A stretch of 43,302 bases of DNA, taken from IMG/VR virus record IMGVR_UViG_3300022670_000174, positions 1 to 43,302 of that record. One strand, written 5' to 3'. The notes under the pieces are model-generated. The model did no database searches and had not been told where the DNA came from. It was given only the letters and a program-made list of their open reading frames with translations. Shown in pieces: positions 15,793-26,022 of the stretch (the stretch's first letter is position 1; every line of letters begins with the position of its first letter). The DNA comes from a virus. Lineage: Duplodnaviria; Caudoviricetes. Both the position numbers and the translations under genes were made by a program.

Positions 15793-17180
15793 TGGCAACC
15801 CTAAACCCAGCATTAAGACCATTCTGGAAAACAAAGGCTGACACCAAGGTGTTAAAAGGCGGTCGAGTATCTTCTAAAACTTGGGACGCTGCCGGAATAG
15901 CAGTTTTCTTCGCTTCAAAATACACAGTTAAGTTTTTGTGTATGCGCCAATTTCAAAACAAAATAAAAGAATCCGTTTATGCAATACTAAAATTTCGAAT
16001 TGAAGAGTTTGGAATGCTAGACGAATTTGAAATATTAGCATCAGAAATAAGGCACAGGTTTACAGGTTCATCATTCCACTTCTACGGCATACACAGAGAC
16101 ATAGCAGAAATAAAGGGATTTGAGGGTGCCGATATTGGTTGGATTGAAGAGGGTGAAGGTTTAACTAAAGAGCAGTGGTCTATCATCGAACCAACACTGA
16201 GAAAAGAAGGTGCTGAATGCTGGATACTCTACAACCCCAGGCTAGTAAGTGATTTTGTCGAAACATTTAGGCACGATCCAGATAACGGTATAATCGTAAG
16301 GCATATAAATTACGACGAAAACCCTCATGTATCAAACACAATGCTCAGAAAAATAGAAAGGCTAAAAGAGTCTGATTATGATGAATACGAGCATATCTAT
16401 TTAGGTTTAGCCAAAAAAGATGATGATGATGTTGTTATTAAACGTTCATGGATAGAAGCGGCAATTGACGCTCATATCAAATTAAATATTGAAATAAAGG
16501 GAGATAAGCGAATTGGATTCGACGTTGCCGACGGTGGTAACGATTTATGTTCGCAAATACTCGTTCAGGGCATTGTTGCAATATGGGGTGAGAGCTGGAA
16601 AGGCAAGGAAGACGAATTATTAGAGAGTTGTACAAGGGTTTATAATAAAGCCGTGAATGTCCGCGCCAATGTTAAATATGATTCGATTGGTGTTGGCGCG
16701 GGTTCCGGTGCCAAGTTTAAGGAATTAAACGAAGCAAGGGCAGAAGAGGATGAAAGGCATGTGAATGTCAATTATTCAAAGTTTATTGCTGGTGCCAAAG
16801 TTGTCAATCCTAATGATGATTATATCGAGAGTGACGAAATAGGCGATAATGTAACAAATGCTGATTTCTTCGAAAACTTAAAAGCTCAGTCTTGGTGGCT
16901 TGTTGCTGATAGGTTTAGAAATACTTACAATGCAATTCAAAAAGGCCATGAATTCGAAGATCATGAATTAATAAGTATTTCCTCTACCATGCCAAACCTA
17001 GCTAATTTAATCACAGAACTTTCAACAGCAAGGCGAAAATTTAGCAAGAAAGGAAAGGTTATGGTTGAATCAAAAGAGGATTTAAAGAGAAGGGGTGTTG
17101 ATTCTCCGAACGATGCCGACTCGTTTATTATGTGTTATGCTCCACAGGAAGAAGTACCAACCGCTGGTTCAGGATTTTAG
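15792..17180 (+). CDS. terL: Terminase large subunit (PBSX/Terminase_3 type)
   Basis: Walker A GGRVSSKT, Walker B WIEEGE, YNP coupling motif, RNase H-like GFDVADGG and SPNDADS. Confidence 0.95.
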   Translation: MATLNPALRPFWKTKADTKVLKGGRVSSKTWDAAGIAVFFASKYTVKFLCMRQFQNKIKESVYAILKFRIEEFGMLDEFEILASEIRHRFTGSSFHFYGIHRDIAEIKGFEGADIGWIEEGEGLTKEQWSIIEPTLRKEGAECWILYNPRLVSDFVETFRHDPDNGIIVRHINYDENPHVSNTMLRKIERLKESDYDEYEHIYLGLAKKDDDDVVIKRSWIEAAIDAHIKLNIEIKGDKRIGFDVADGGNDLCSQILVQGIVAIWGESWKGKEDELLESCTRVYNKAVNVRANVKYDSIGVGAGSGAKFKELNEARAEEDERHVNVNYSKFIAGAKVVNPNDDYIESDEIGDNVTNADFFENLKAQSWWLVADRFRNTYNAIQKGHEFEDHELISISSTMPNLANLITELSTARRKFSKKGKVMVESKEDLKRRGVDSPNDADSFIMCYAPQEEVPTAGSGF

Positions 17181-17189
17181 GGGCGTAAA

Positions 17190-18554
17190 ATGTTTGGATT
17201 ATCTAAGCAAGAAAAAGAAGTTAAATTACAAAATCAATATCAATCTGAACTGAAAGATTTGATGATGAAAATAAACGCCGATACTGGTCGAAGCGATCTG
17301 TTTGCCAGCATCAGAAGCGGCGGCTATGATTTTTCAGATGCTTTGCATAACGTTTATTGTGATTTCGGTTATCCGGCAACGATAAACTTTTTTAATTTGT
17401 GGAATATGTATAGACGTTTTGGCCCTGCTAAAGCTGTTGTTGATATACCGCCTGATTTATGTTGGTTAACGCATCCTGAAATAAAAAGTGAAAACGCACA
17501 ATTTGATGCAGACTTCAACTTATTGGTCAAAAACACTAACTTCTGGAATCGATTAAAAGGATTAGATAAGCGCCAAAGAGTTGGTCGTTATGCTGGTTTA
17601 TTCATCCAGGCAGCAGATAACCAAAAAGCAAACAAAGAAATAAGCAGTGTTAGCGGTGTTAGTGCTATCCATAACTTAAAGCCTATCTATGAAGGACAGC
17701 TTGAAGTTTCTACAACAGAGGATGATCAAACAGATCCTAATTTTGGCAATCCAACAATGTATAATTTTATTTCCGGCACCACTGGGAATAGAAACGACAA
17801 AGCAAGCGCAGCATTTCAGATCCACCCATCAAGAATAATTATAGCCGCTGAAGGTGCGGACGATGGCAGCATTTACGGCATAAGCTCATTAGAAAGTATA
17901 TTTAATGATCTAATGGATTTGAGAAAGATTGCCGGTGCTGGTGGTGAAGGATTTTATCAAAATACTCGTAGTGCTCCTGTAATTGAAATAGGAAAAGAGT
18001 TCCAGGCACCCAAAGGAAAAGAAAAGGAAGCGCTCGAAACTGAGATAGATGATTTTCTCAGTAAGTGGCAAAAGAAATTTGTAGCTAAAGGAATGACATT
18101 TGTTTATCCAAACATATCACTAAACAACCCGAAGGAATTCGCTGAAAACTCTTGGAACAACATAAGTTCAGGCAGTCAAATACCAGCAAATGTTATCCGT
18201 GGTTCTCAAACTGGTGTATTAGCTGGCGATAAGGATAGCGCGACATTGCTAACAACAATGCAATCTAGGCGTGAAAACTATTTAACAGAATTAGTTAGGG
18301 ATACAATTGATTGGATGATAAAAAACGGCGCTTTACCAAGTGCTGAATATGAGATTGAATGGGATGATTTAGCCGATTCATCAAGTTCTGATAAAGTTGA
18401 TTTAGGCAAAAAAATGGCATCTATCAACGCAGATATGTTTCGTTCTGGTTTACCGCCAGCATTTACAGAGGATGAAATACGCGAGGCTTCAGGATTTGAA
18501 CCGGCTGATTTTGAACTGCCAACAGAAGAATTAGACGAAGATGCTGAAGAATAA
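17190..18554 (+). CDS. Portal protein (DUF1073-like)
   Basis: Follows terL, 454 aa; IHPSRII, GISSLE, GGGEGFYQN, IPANVIRGSQTG motifs. Confidence 0.88.
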   Translation: MFGLSKQEKEVKLQNQYQSELKDLMMKINADTGRSDLFASIRSGGYDFSDALHNVYCDFGYPATINFFNLWNMYRRFGPAKAVVDIPPDLCWLTHPEIKSENAQFDADFNLLVKNTNFWNRLKGLDKRQRVGRYAGLFIQAADNQKANKEISSVSGVSAIHNLKPIYEGQLEVSTTEDDQTDPNFGNPTMYNFISGTTGNRNDKASAAFQIHPSRIIIAAEGADDGSIYGISSLESIFNDLMDLRKIAGAGGEGFYQNTRSAPVIEIGKEFQAPKGKEKEALETEIDDFLSKWQKKFVAKGMTFVYPNISLNNPKEFAENSWNNISSGSQIPANVIRGSQTGVLAGDKDSATLLTTMQSRRENYLTELVRDTIDWMIKNGALPSAEYEIEWDDLADSSSSDKVDLGKKMASINADMFRSGLPPAFTEDEIREASGFEPADFELPTEELDEDAEE

Positions 18555-19470
18555 TAAAAAGGCAACGAGGCAGGAGCAAGATCCCACCGGGCAAGCGACT
18601 AACCGAAAAAAAGCCAATAGAGATAATAACCGTCGCTTAAATAATTCTGCACGTCGAGTCCTTAATATATGGAAGCGAGTTGATCCTAAAAAAACAGTCA
18701 GAAAACAGATAGTCAATGAATCAACTGATTTTTACATATACGATTTAACGGATGATGAATTATCTTTAATGTCTGAAAACATCGATATTATAATCAATGA
18801 TGAATTAGAAACCGAGTTAGAGGAAGTGCCGAACGATTGGTATTTTTCTCAATATATCGAAACAGCTACTAGAGGCGGCGTAATACAAGAAAACAATATG
18901 ATAGAGGCGATATTGACCGGCGTTGCTATTGTTTTCTTATTGGATTCTGCAATATTAAGAAGTGATAAATATCTTGAAGAACTATCAAAGGCTATTAGTC
19001 GGAACTACATACATATAAAAGGCTTATCTTCAACAACAAGCAGGCAGGTTTCCCAAGAAATATCGCGGGGAATAGATGCTGGTTTGGGAAAAAGAGCAAT
19101 ACAACGAAAAATAATTGAACGATTCGAAGTAAGTAAATCATCAAGCAAGCGCATCGTTAACACTGAGATAAACAAAGCTTACAATGATGCTAGAATGGGG
19201 CTTGTTGAGTTGTATCGTTCTCAGGGCGCGCCTTTAGCAGTCATGCATATATCCGCATTAATCCCAACAACAAGAGACCACCACGCGGCTAGGCATGGTC
19301 TGGTTTATACACCAGAAGCTCAGCGTCAATGGTGGGATGTCGATGCAAATAGAATTAATTGCCTATGTGTAGCGCAAGCTGTAAAGCTCAACAGTAGCAA
19401 TCAAATTGAAAACAAGTCGCTTCAGGATAGGATAATAGAACGCGGCAAAGAATGGTTTAAGAACCAATAA
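18541..19470 (+). CDS. Head morphogenesis protein (SPP1 gp7/Mu F family)
   Basis: QDPTGQ N-terminus, RIVNTEINKAY, TTRDHHAARHG, INCLC. Confidence 0.85.
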   Translation: MLKNNKKATRQEQDPTGQATNRKKANRDNNRRLNNSARRVLNIWKRVDPKKTVRKQIVNESTDFYIYDLTDDELSLMSENIDIIINDELETELEEVPNDWYFSQYIETATRGGVIQENNMIEAILTGVAIVFLLDSAILRSDKYLEELSKAISRNYIHIKGLSSTTSRQVSQEISRGIDAGLGKRAIQRKIIERFEVSKSSSKRIVNTEINKAYNDARMGLVELYRSQGAPLAVMHISALIPTTRDHHAARHGLVYTPEAQRQWWDVDANRINCLCVAQAVKLNSSNQIENKSLQDRIIERGKEWFKNQ

Positions 19471-19500
19471 AGTAGTTAAATGAACCAAAAAATGGTACGT

Positions 19501-19528
19501 TTGATATTAAATCAAGATAGCGTATAAT
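19501..19528 (+). promoter_or_regulatory. Promoter upstream of the protease/scaffold-capsid genes
   Basis: TTGATA(19501-19506)-16 bp-TATAAT(19523-19528) in intergenic DNA. Confidence 0.65.
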
Positions 19529-19559
19529 CTTTTTAGACTTAATGTGAAGTTACGGACTT

Positions 19560-20966
19560 ATGAAAAAGCTATTATTCTGCACACAAAAAGTAAATCGTAA
19601 GCATATCAGGCGTGAAATTAGAGACAGCGTTGAACATATAATTTTAACCTCTTTCACTTTGCCGCCTAATATTGTGATGAATGGTGGTTTATATCCCGCT
19701 GAAGAAATAGATAAATCTTTTGAAACATTAAACCGCACACCAGTAACTATTGAACATCCTGAAATTGACGGTATGTTTGTTTCTGCCAGTGATCCTGAAA
19801 CCGATATGGTATTTAGGTTCGGCATGTTCAACGAAAATGCTCGCAAACTTGACGACGGACGTATTGCTTTAGATAAAGTTATTAACGTACAAAAATTAAT
19901 GACTTTTGAGAAAGGCAAGCGGTTACTTGATCGTATTAATGAAATAGAAACAAATGATAATGCCAGGCCAATACATACAAGCGTTGGTGTTTTTCTTGAT
20001 GTAGAAGAATTGCCCGAAGCACGTAATGAAGTTAATGGAGTAGAAACAAACGCTGAATTTACTTGGATTGCTAAAGACATGATTTTTGATCATGATGCAA
20101 TCTTACTTGATAGTGTTGGCGCTTCGACTCCCGATCAAGGGACCGGAATTGGCATTAACAAGGAACGATTAAAAGTTGAACATTTTGTTGTTGATAATGG
20201 TGACGAATATTCAATACCTAAAGATTTTATTGAAAAGTCAAAATCATTACATTCAAACAAAAAAATAACATTCGCTCAGATATTCGAAGAATTACATAGA
20301 TTGATAAATCAAAACAATCAAGACGATGAACACAACTGGTTGGTTCATGAATCAGTAGATGAAGATTCCTTTGTATTTGAAACTATATCGGGCGAACTAT
20401 TTAAATCTAATTATTCCGTTGATGATAACGGAAATGTAGCTATTCAGGATACACGTATACCGGTAGAGCGTGTTGTTGAATTCAAAACTATAAATCCTAC
20501 CGATATAAACGAGGATAACGCTATGCGTGATCAAATCATTGCCGAACTTGCGAAGCTTGGAATAACGGTTAATGCCGATCTTTCAGACGACGAATTGATG
20601 GCGAAATATAACGAAGCGTTGATCGCCAATCAAGGTGATGGTGATGGCGCTGGCGGGGAAGAAATTGCTGATTTAGTGGCTAATGCAGTAAAAGTGGCAA
20701 TTAAACCGTTGACTGAAAAAATCACCGGTCTTGAAACACAACTAACATCAAATGAAGACAAAGAACTTGTAGATTTAGCAACTTTAATTGTTAACTCTAA
20801 AAAGTATCCTGAATTAGATGTTGACAATATCAAAGCTCTTGGCTTGGAAGTAGCTAAGAAAATGGCGGCTAATTGCGGTGTATCTCACGGCATTGGGTCA
20901 ACTACGCAAGTTAACAACCAAGATTCGGATGCGTTTAAAACAAACGTTGAAGATCTACCAGAATAA
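19560..20966 (+). CDS. Prohead protease/scaffold (DUF2213-like)
   Basis: VMNGGLYP, IEHP, HTSVG, DHDAILLD..GA motifs, then an acidic scaffold-like C-terminal half. Confidence 0.82.
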   Translation: MKKLLFCTQKVNRKHIRREIRDSVEHIILTSFTLPPNIVMNGGLYPAEEIDKSFETLNRTPVTIEHPEIDGMFVSASDPETDMVFRFGMFNENARKLDDGRIALDKVINVQKLMTFEKGKRLLDRINEIETNDNARPIHTSVGVFLDVEELPEARNEVNGVETNAEFTWIAKDMIFDHDAILLDSVGASTPDQGTGIGINKERLKVEHFVVDNGDEYSIPKDFIEKSKSLHSNKKITFAQIFEELHRLINQNNQDDEHNWLVHESVDEDSFVFETISGELFKSNYSVDDNGNVAIQDTRIPVERVVEFKTINPTDINEDNAMRDQIIAELAKLGITVNADLSDDELMAKYNEALIANQGDGDGAGGEEIADLVANAVKVAIKPLTEKITGLETQLTSNEDKELVDLATLIVNSKKYPELDVDNIKALGLEVAKKMAANCGVSHGIGSTTQVNNQDSDAFKTNVEDLPE

Positions 20967-20979
20967 AAGGGGCTAACTA

Positions 20980-21450
20980 ATGGCTGCTAAAGGTAAGAGA
21001 GTTATTTATGTCGGCCCTGCTGATCATGGTCACGCGGGAAAACCGTTAAATGTTGAAGGTAAAGCGTTAGGCGTTGTTCGCCCTGGTGCGTTATTGGCTC
21101 AAGCTGCAACCGGTTTAGATGAAAGCGCACAAGCCGGTATTATTTTCGGTGCTTCTAGTTTATTTGCTGATGTCGATCAGCAACGAACTAAAACCGTCGA
21201 TGATGATTGGGTCATAAGTGAAAACATGGTTGCTATTCAAGCCCGTTCAGGTGAATTTTTGAATGTTCTTGTGGCTACCAGTCAGACCATTACGAAACGC
21301 GGTACACCGTTGAGTTCTAATGCTGATGGTACGTTAAAGATCGCCGTAACACCTGCAACAGTCGGTGTTACGAGTGAAGAGATTCTAGCGTACTCCGATG
21401 AAATCATAACTACGACAGCGGTAACGCTTGTTCGTGTTAGAATAGCTTAA
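20980..21450 (+). CDS. Head decoration/cement protein
   Basis: 156 aa between scaffold and major capsid; G..LSSNADGTLK motif. Confidence 0.7.
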   Translation: MAAKGKRVIYVGPADHGHAGKPLNVEGKALGVVRPGALLAQAATGLDESAQAGIIFGASSLFADVDQQRTKTVDDDWVISENMVAIQARSGEFLNVLVATSQTITKRGTPLSSNADGTLKIAVTPATVGVTSEEILAYSDEIITTTAVTLVRVRIA

Positions 21451-21461
21451 GGGGGCTTATC

Positions 21462-22538
21462 ATGATCTTTGTTAAAAATCAAGTTGCAAAAAGTATTGCA
21501 GCACAAGGACAATTGCGAGAACGTGACGCTATTCGTAGTTGTTTTAATATTAACGAGCAACGTTTTGCTCAAGAAAACAGAGCACATGGTTTAGCGGTTA
21601 ATGCTGGTCGTATTCCTGATGAAATATTCAGAGAGTTCGACAACGTAACTGTTGAACGCATGCGCTTAGACGAAGGTGACGCGTTCTTAAATGATTTAAT
21701 GCCGCGATCACGCTCTTTACCCGTTGGTAAGTTGACGTTTGAAAATCGTCGCGCTTCTGATGCTGGTCAAGTGCAGACTTCAATGACTGGTCAAGTCGGT
21801 GTTAAGTTTGATAACGTTGATTACAGTATTGATGGAACAATCATCCCAGTACACGACAATGGTTATTCTCGCAACTGGCGTGAATTCTCAGCGGGTCAGT
21901 CTGAAGGTTTTGATATGTTGATTGATGATCAGCGTGAAAATATTTCGGCTCACCGCAACCATTTAGCAGATACTTTCCTTGATGGGTTTTTGGACGCAAA
22001 CGGTCAAACGATTGTTGTCGACGGCCGTAAATGGGAAGGTATGCGAAATGATTCGCGTGTTGTTCAAATTGATTTGGGTGCCGGTGGTGTCAATTTCGAT
22101 TTTACAGACACAACCAAAACGGGAGCTGAAATCAAGGCAGCGTTTATTGAAATACGCGATACAATGCGTATTACAAATAAATGTACTGTTGATTTGGTTT
22201 ATTATATTTCTGAAGAAATAGCGTCGAATTTTGAGCGTAAATTTTCAGCACAATATGATGCTCAAATAATCGAAGCTGAATTAGCACAATTGCGTGGCGT
22301 TGCTGCTATTAAAGTATCAAGCAAAATGGGCTCTGCTGCCGTAATTGCTGGTAATGAAATGATGGCTTTCCCAACAAGCGACCTAGTTCGTCCGCTTACT
22401 GGTATGGGTGTTTCAACAATCGCATTGCCTCGACAAGTTTATAATGCAAATTATGACTTCATTGTTGCTTCTGCAATCGGGTGGGAAGTGCGTGACGACT
22501 TCTTTGGTAATAGTTGTGCAATGAGCGCTAAGGATTAA
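21462..22538 (+). CDS. Major capsid protein
   Basis: 358 aa after scaffold and decoration genes; IPVHDNGYSRNWRE and ALPRQVYNANYDF patterns of HK97-fold coat proteins. Confidence 0.88.
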   Translation: MIFVKNQVAKSIAAQGQLRERDAIRSCFNINEQRFAQENRAHGLAVNAGRIPDEIFREFDNVTVERMRLDEGDAFLNDLMPRSRSLPVGKLTFENRRASDAGQVQTSMTGQVGVKFDNVDYSIDGTIIPVHDNGYSRNWREFSAGQSEGFDMLIDDQRENISAHRNHLADTFLDGFLDANGQTIVVDGRKWEGMRNDSRVVQIDLGAGGVNFDFTDTTKTGAEIKAAFIEIRDTMRITNKCTVDLVYYISEEIASNFERKFSAQYDAQIIEAELAQLRGVAAIKVSSKMGSAAVIAGNEMMAFPTSDLVRPLTGMGVSTIALPRQVYNANYDFIVASAIGWEVRDDFFGNSCAMSAKD

Positions 22539-22540
22539 TC

Positions 22541-22783
22541 ATGGCTAAGAAAACATTTATTGTTGCTCATCCAAAACTTATGCTTTCCTCGGAAGGTAAG
22601 CTTGTGCAAATGGAAAAAGGCGCTGAAGTTGAAATGGAAGCCAAACACGCAGCCAGTTTAGTCAAGCAAGGTAAGTTACTTACCCAAGGTGAGGCTAAGG
22701 CGTTGAGTGTTGGCAAGCCATCTAAAAAAGCTGATGTTCAAAAGGCTTCCGGTGATGGCAAAGAAAAGCCAGATGGCCCGTAA
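22541..22783 (+). CDS. Small basic head-associated hypothetical protein
   Basis: 80 aa directly after the MCP, followed by a terminator. Confidence 0.7.
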   Translation: MAKKTFIVAHPKLMLSSEGKLVQMEKGAEVEMEAKHAASLVKQGKLLTQGEAKALSVGKPSKKADVQKASGDGKEKPDGP

Positions 22784-22808
22784 TATGGCGCTTAATTAGA
22801 GTCGTTAA

Positions 22809-22836
22809 AAAGCCTATTCAATGAATGGGCTTTATT
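22809..22836 (+). terminator. Intrinsic terminator after the capsid genes
   Basis: AAAGCCTATTC-AAT-GAATGGGCTTT stem followed by ATT; flanked by A and T tracts. Confidence 0.7.
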
Positions 22837-22856
22837 AACAATTCTCAAGGATCGTA

Positions 22857-24581
22857 ATGTCTGAAACCTTATTAAATATACCTATTACAAAAGAGACATG
22901 GCTTGATGTTTATGTTCTTTTAGTTATCGATTCAGGTGTACAAATAAGCATACAGAATATCGGATGTACTGACCTGTATTATTCTATTTCATTAACAGAG
23001 CCACCAATAGATAGCGACAAATACCGGATACTCAAACGTGGTGAAATTGCAAGCTTCCCTAACCTAGATCCAAGTGTGTGGGTGTTTAGCCCCCAAGTCA
23101 ACGGACTCGTTAATGTTGAAAAAACCATAATAGATACAAGTAGAGATGTTAAAGCATCTTACGGTGCCGCTGGTGTCGCGTCACTGTTTACAGTTATTCA
23201 ACTTTCTGCTGAATATGGCATACTCGGTCAGGTATTAACTGTGGTTGATGCAACTGCCTCTGGAACTAATACCGTAGTCGATGATAAGTTTACTTGTCAA
23301 ACAGGGCTAGCTGCTGATGGTCTTGCTAGTATATTATCATTAAGGCAATTAAAAGGTAGGGCAGGTCAGGGCACACTAGCTAGGTTTGATGCAGTATTTT
23401 CAGTAGGTGTAGCAGCGAGTCAGCAAGCTGCTGGATTGATAACATCCACAAATTCATTTGTATTTGCAATTTTAGGGACAGCTTTTGGTATAGCTCACGG
23501 GCATGGTGGAACAGATGAAAACCAAGAACTTACTATTACTACACCAGCCGCAGCATCAGAAACAGCTAGTATTACCGTTGATGGGACTGCCTTTAGTGTT
23601 CCTTTAACTGCTGGAACCGTTCAGCATAACGCATTTGAAATAGCCAATAGTTTAAATGCTCAAGTCGTTAACTATGATTTTACGTCTAATGACGATCTAG
23701 TTGTTGCTCAATCTTTATTGTCCGGCCCTCAAGGTTCTTTTGCATTTACAAGTGCGACTGCTATTGCCACATGGTTTCAGCAACATGAAGGTGTTGCTCA
23801 GATAATAGATTTTATACCTCAGTCATTATGGAATAGGGATACCAGACTATTTGACTCAGACCAAGAAAAACTTGATCCTTTGAAAGGAAATATTTACCAA
23901 ATACAAATTCAACCATGGTTTGGGGCTGTAAGATTTTGGATAGAAGATTCTAAAACAGGGCAGTTTGTTTTAGTCCATGTTATTGAATTTGCTAATAAGA
24001 ATGCACTTCCAAGCTCTACAAATCCAACGTATAGAATAGGATGGCTGGTTCAAAATTTTGGCAATACATCCAATGTAACTATATCAGGATCATCGGTTTC
24101 AGGGTTCGTTGAAGGTGAGATTCAATTAAGTAAACCACCTAGATCATCTAGTAATAATCAGTTGTCGGTTGGAACAACGCTAACTAATATCATTACTATC
24201 AGAAACAGAATACATTTTGGTGGAAAAGTAAACAGGGCCGAGATTTTACCTTTGCTTTTAACCTTTTCATCCCAAGCAAATAAATCTACCTTTTTTAAAT
24301 TTTTTATTAATCCAATATTTGGTGGTGATTTAGATTTCTCATATCTAGATTTCGCAACTTCGGTATCCGAGGTAGCAACAGATGCAGTATCTGTTTCTGG
24401 TGGATTAGAAATAGGATCAGCCACTATAGAACCTAACGGTGGCGATACTATAAGGTTCAATCAAACCAACAATCTAGACAGTGTTTTATTACCCAATTCA
24501 GTGTTGACTATTGCAGCCCAGATAGCATCTGGTGCTGCTGCTGATATGCAGTCAACACTATCTTGGTCAGAGGATCTATAA
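22857..24581 (+). CDS. Large beta-rich virion protein (possible head spike/neck appendage)
   Basis: 574 aa between MCP and adaptor; ~90-aa N-terminal domain plus lectin-like beta-sandwich regions (inferred from composition). Confidence 0.55.
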   Translation: MSETLLNIPITKETWLDVYVLLVIDSGVQISIQNIGCTDLYYSISLTEPPIDSDKYRILKRGEIASFPNLDPSVWVFSPQVNGLVNVEKTIIDTSRDVKASYGAAGVASLFTVIQLSAEYGILGQVLTVVDATASGTNTVVDDKFTCQTGLAADGLASILSLRQLKGRAGQGTLARFDAVFSVGVAASQQAAGLITSTNSFVFAILGTAFGIAHGHGGTDENQELTITTPAAASETASITVDGTAFSVPLTAGTVQHNAFEIANSLNAQVVNYDFTSNDDLVVAQSLLSGPQGSFAFTSATAIATWFQQHEGVAQIIDFIPQSLWNRDTRLFDSDQEKLDPLKGNIYQIQIQPWFGAVRFWIEDSKTGQFVLVHVIEFANKNALPSSTNPTYRIGWLVQNFGNTSNVTISGSSVSGFVEGEIQLSKPPRSSSNNQLSVGTTLTNIITIRNRIHFGGKVNRAEILPLLLTFSSQANKSTFFKFFINPIFGGDLDFSYLDFATSVSEVATDAVSVSGGLEIGSATIEPNGGDTIRFNQTNNLDSVLLPNSVLTIAAQIASGAAADMQSTLSWSEDL

Positions 24582-24910
24582 TGGCGATTAGAGAAGCTTC
24601 AGTAGCCAAGGCAGCCTCTGATGCTAGCAAACCCGTGGATAACGAAATATTTAATACGCTTATTGCTTCAGCTATAGATGCAAAGATAGGTTCAGTGTCA
24701 GAAGATACAGATACTGATATTTATGTTGCCTATTTTACTTTCCCAGCTAGAATCGAGAATAAGGTCTGTCAAATTGAACAGTCTGATCGATCTTATATAA
24801 ATCTCGATGATATCGTTAATGCTTTGAAATCCAGGAGTCATCGCGTATCCTATCAAATTAAGAACCTAAGAGTAGGTATAAAAGTTCAACTTTCAGTAGC
24901 TTGGGATTAA
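24581..24910 (+). CDS. Hypothetical protein
   Basis: Start reassigned to ATG 24581 overlapping the upstream TAA; GAGGA RBS. Confidence 0.65.
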   Translation: MAIREASVAKAASDASKPVDNEIFNTLIASAIDAKIGSVSEDTDTDIYVAYFTFPARIENKVCQIEQSDRSYINLDDIVNALKSRSHRVSYQIKNLRVGIKVQLSVAWD

Positions 24911-24914
24911 TATA

Positions 24915-25307
24915 ATGAGTAGAGTAACACCAACAGAAGTCATTGCGCTAGTAGCAACAAAATTGTCTGATACAATTGTTCAGGTTTGGATTAATGCAGC
25001 AAATACGATTGTCACTGAAAATCAAGACTGTATTAGTGCCAGTAAGCTAACTCAGGTTGAATTATATTTGTCGGCTCATTTTGTGGCAATGCTAGATCCC
25101 TCAAAGAGAGGGGCTGTGACAAGCGAAGCTATACCAGATTTTAAAACCACTTATGCAAGTTCTGTTGCTATGTCAAAAGAACTAATTAACTCGACGGTAT
25201 GGGGTCAAACGGCCAATATGTTATCTGGTGGTTGTTTGGCTAGTGTTTCAAAAGAGGCAATTTCATTTGGTTCGCTTGGTGGTCGAGATGATACTTGTTT
25301 TGATTAA
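24915..25307 (+). CDS. Head-tail adaptor
   Basis: ELYLSAHF and STVWGQTA.ML..GCL motifs of gp6/DUF4054-like adaptors; position. Confidence 0.78.
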   Translation: MSRVTPTEVIALVATKLSDTIVQVWINAANTIVTENQDCISASKLTQVELYLSAHFVAMLDPSKRGAVTSEAIPDFKTTYASSVAMSKELINSTVWGQTANMLSGGCLASVSKEAISFGSLGGRDDTCFD

Positions 25308-25334
25308 AAAACCTTGCCACGATTACTGACAAGG
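25306..25334 (-). terminator. Intrinsic terminator closing the inverted cassette
   Basis: Minus strand CCTTGTCA-GTAATCG-TGGCAAGG (8-bp stem with one U.G pair) followed by a T6 tract. Confidence 0.7.
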
Positions 25335-25341
25335 CATTCTT

Positions 25342-25545
25342 TTAAGCTTCCGTTATTTCAATGAAAACTTCTTTATCTGGCGTTAAATGCGCCAGGTTAC
25401 CATTACCCACAGTGATAGATACAGTTCCGCCTTGTGACTTCTCCCAATTTTTATCGCCTTTGACCGGCTTAAGAGTAATTGAACGAACATCGCCACTAAG
25501 TAAAGTTACGTGTTCTACTTTGAATTTACATTTTACACTTTTCAT
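25342..25545 (-). CDS. Small beta-barrel (OB-like) hypothetical protein
   Basis: VKCKFKV...ITLKPV...GTVSITV...KEVFIEITEA all-beta pattern; AGGT RBS. Confidence 0.65.
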   Translation of the reverse strand: MKSVKCKFKVEHVTLLSGDVRSITLKPVKGDKNWEKSQGGTVSITVGNGNLAHLTPDKEVFIEITEA

Positions 25546-25576
25546 TTTGTTTTACCTTTTGTTGTCGGTTTAGTAA

Positions 25577-25741
25577 TTAAACCTTATTAAATAACATCAC
25601 TTCCCATTTCTGCGAACCAAGAAGTTCATCCATTTTATTTTTTAATGACTCGTATGCAGGGGATGCCCAAGAATCTTTGATAATACCACTATAAATCTTA
25701 AGACCGTCAAATGATTTTACCTTGTAAAAATACTCGTTCAT
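25577..25741 (-). CDS. Hypothetical protein (54 aa), not in ORF track
   Basis: GAGGT RBS; MNEYFYKVKSFDGLKIYSGIIKDSWASPAYESLKNKMDELLGSQKWEVMLFNKV. Confidence 0.6.
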   Translation of the reverse strand: MNEYFYKVKSFDGLKIYSGIIKDSWASPAYESLKNKMDELLGSQKWEVMLFNKV

Positions 25742-25743
25742 AA

Positions 25744-26022
25744 TTACCTCTGATACCTTTTTTTATTTGCAAATTGTCGATACCAACCATCTTCACGGTT
25801 GGATAGTGGTTTTCTTGTTTCGATTAGAGGCGTTGCTATACGTATCCTTATTTCTTGCAAAGACCTCAACTCCCCCGCGGCGATTTTAAAAGAAGATGCG
25901 AGTCTATCAAAACACTTATTCAACTCTTTAGAGATTTCTTTATATCTCGCACCTAATAATTCAGAGTCAACATTGCTGATTTTACCGCCTAATATTAATG
26001 TTCTGTATGTATTCATAATCAC
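25744..26022 (-). CDS. Hypothetical protein
   Basis: 92 aa, overlapping chain of minus-strand ORFs. Confidence 0.6.
   Translation of the reverse strand: MIMNTYRTLILGGKISNVDSELLGARYKEISKELNKCFDRLASSFKIAAGELRSLQEIRIRIATPLIETRKPLSNREDGWYRQFANKKRYQR

Noticed and set aside
17190-18554. Anti-CBASS Acb1 label sometimes attached to DUF1073 proteins
   Set aside because: Size and position between terL and the head morphogenesis gene indicate a portal; no paired HxT/S 2H-phosphoesterase motifs recognised
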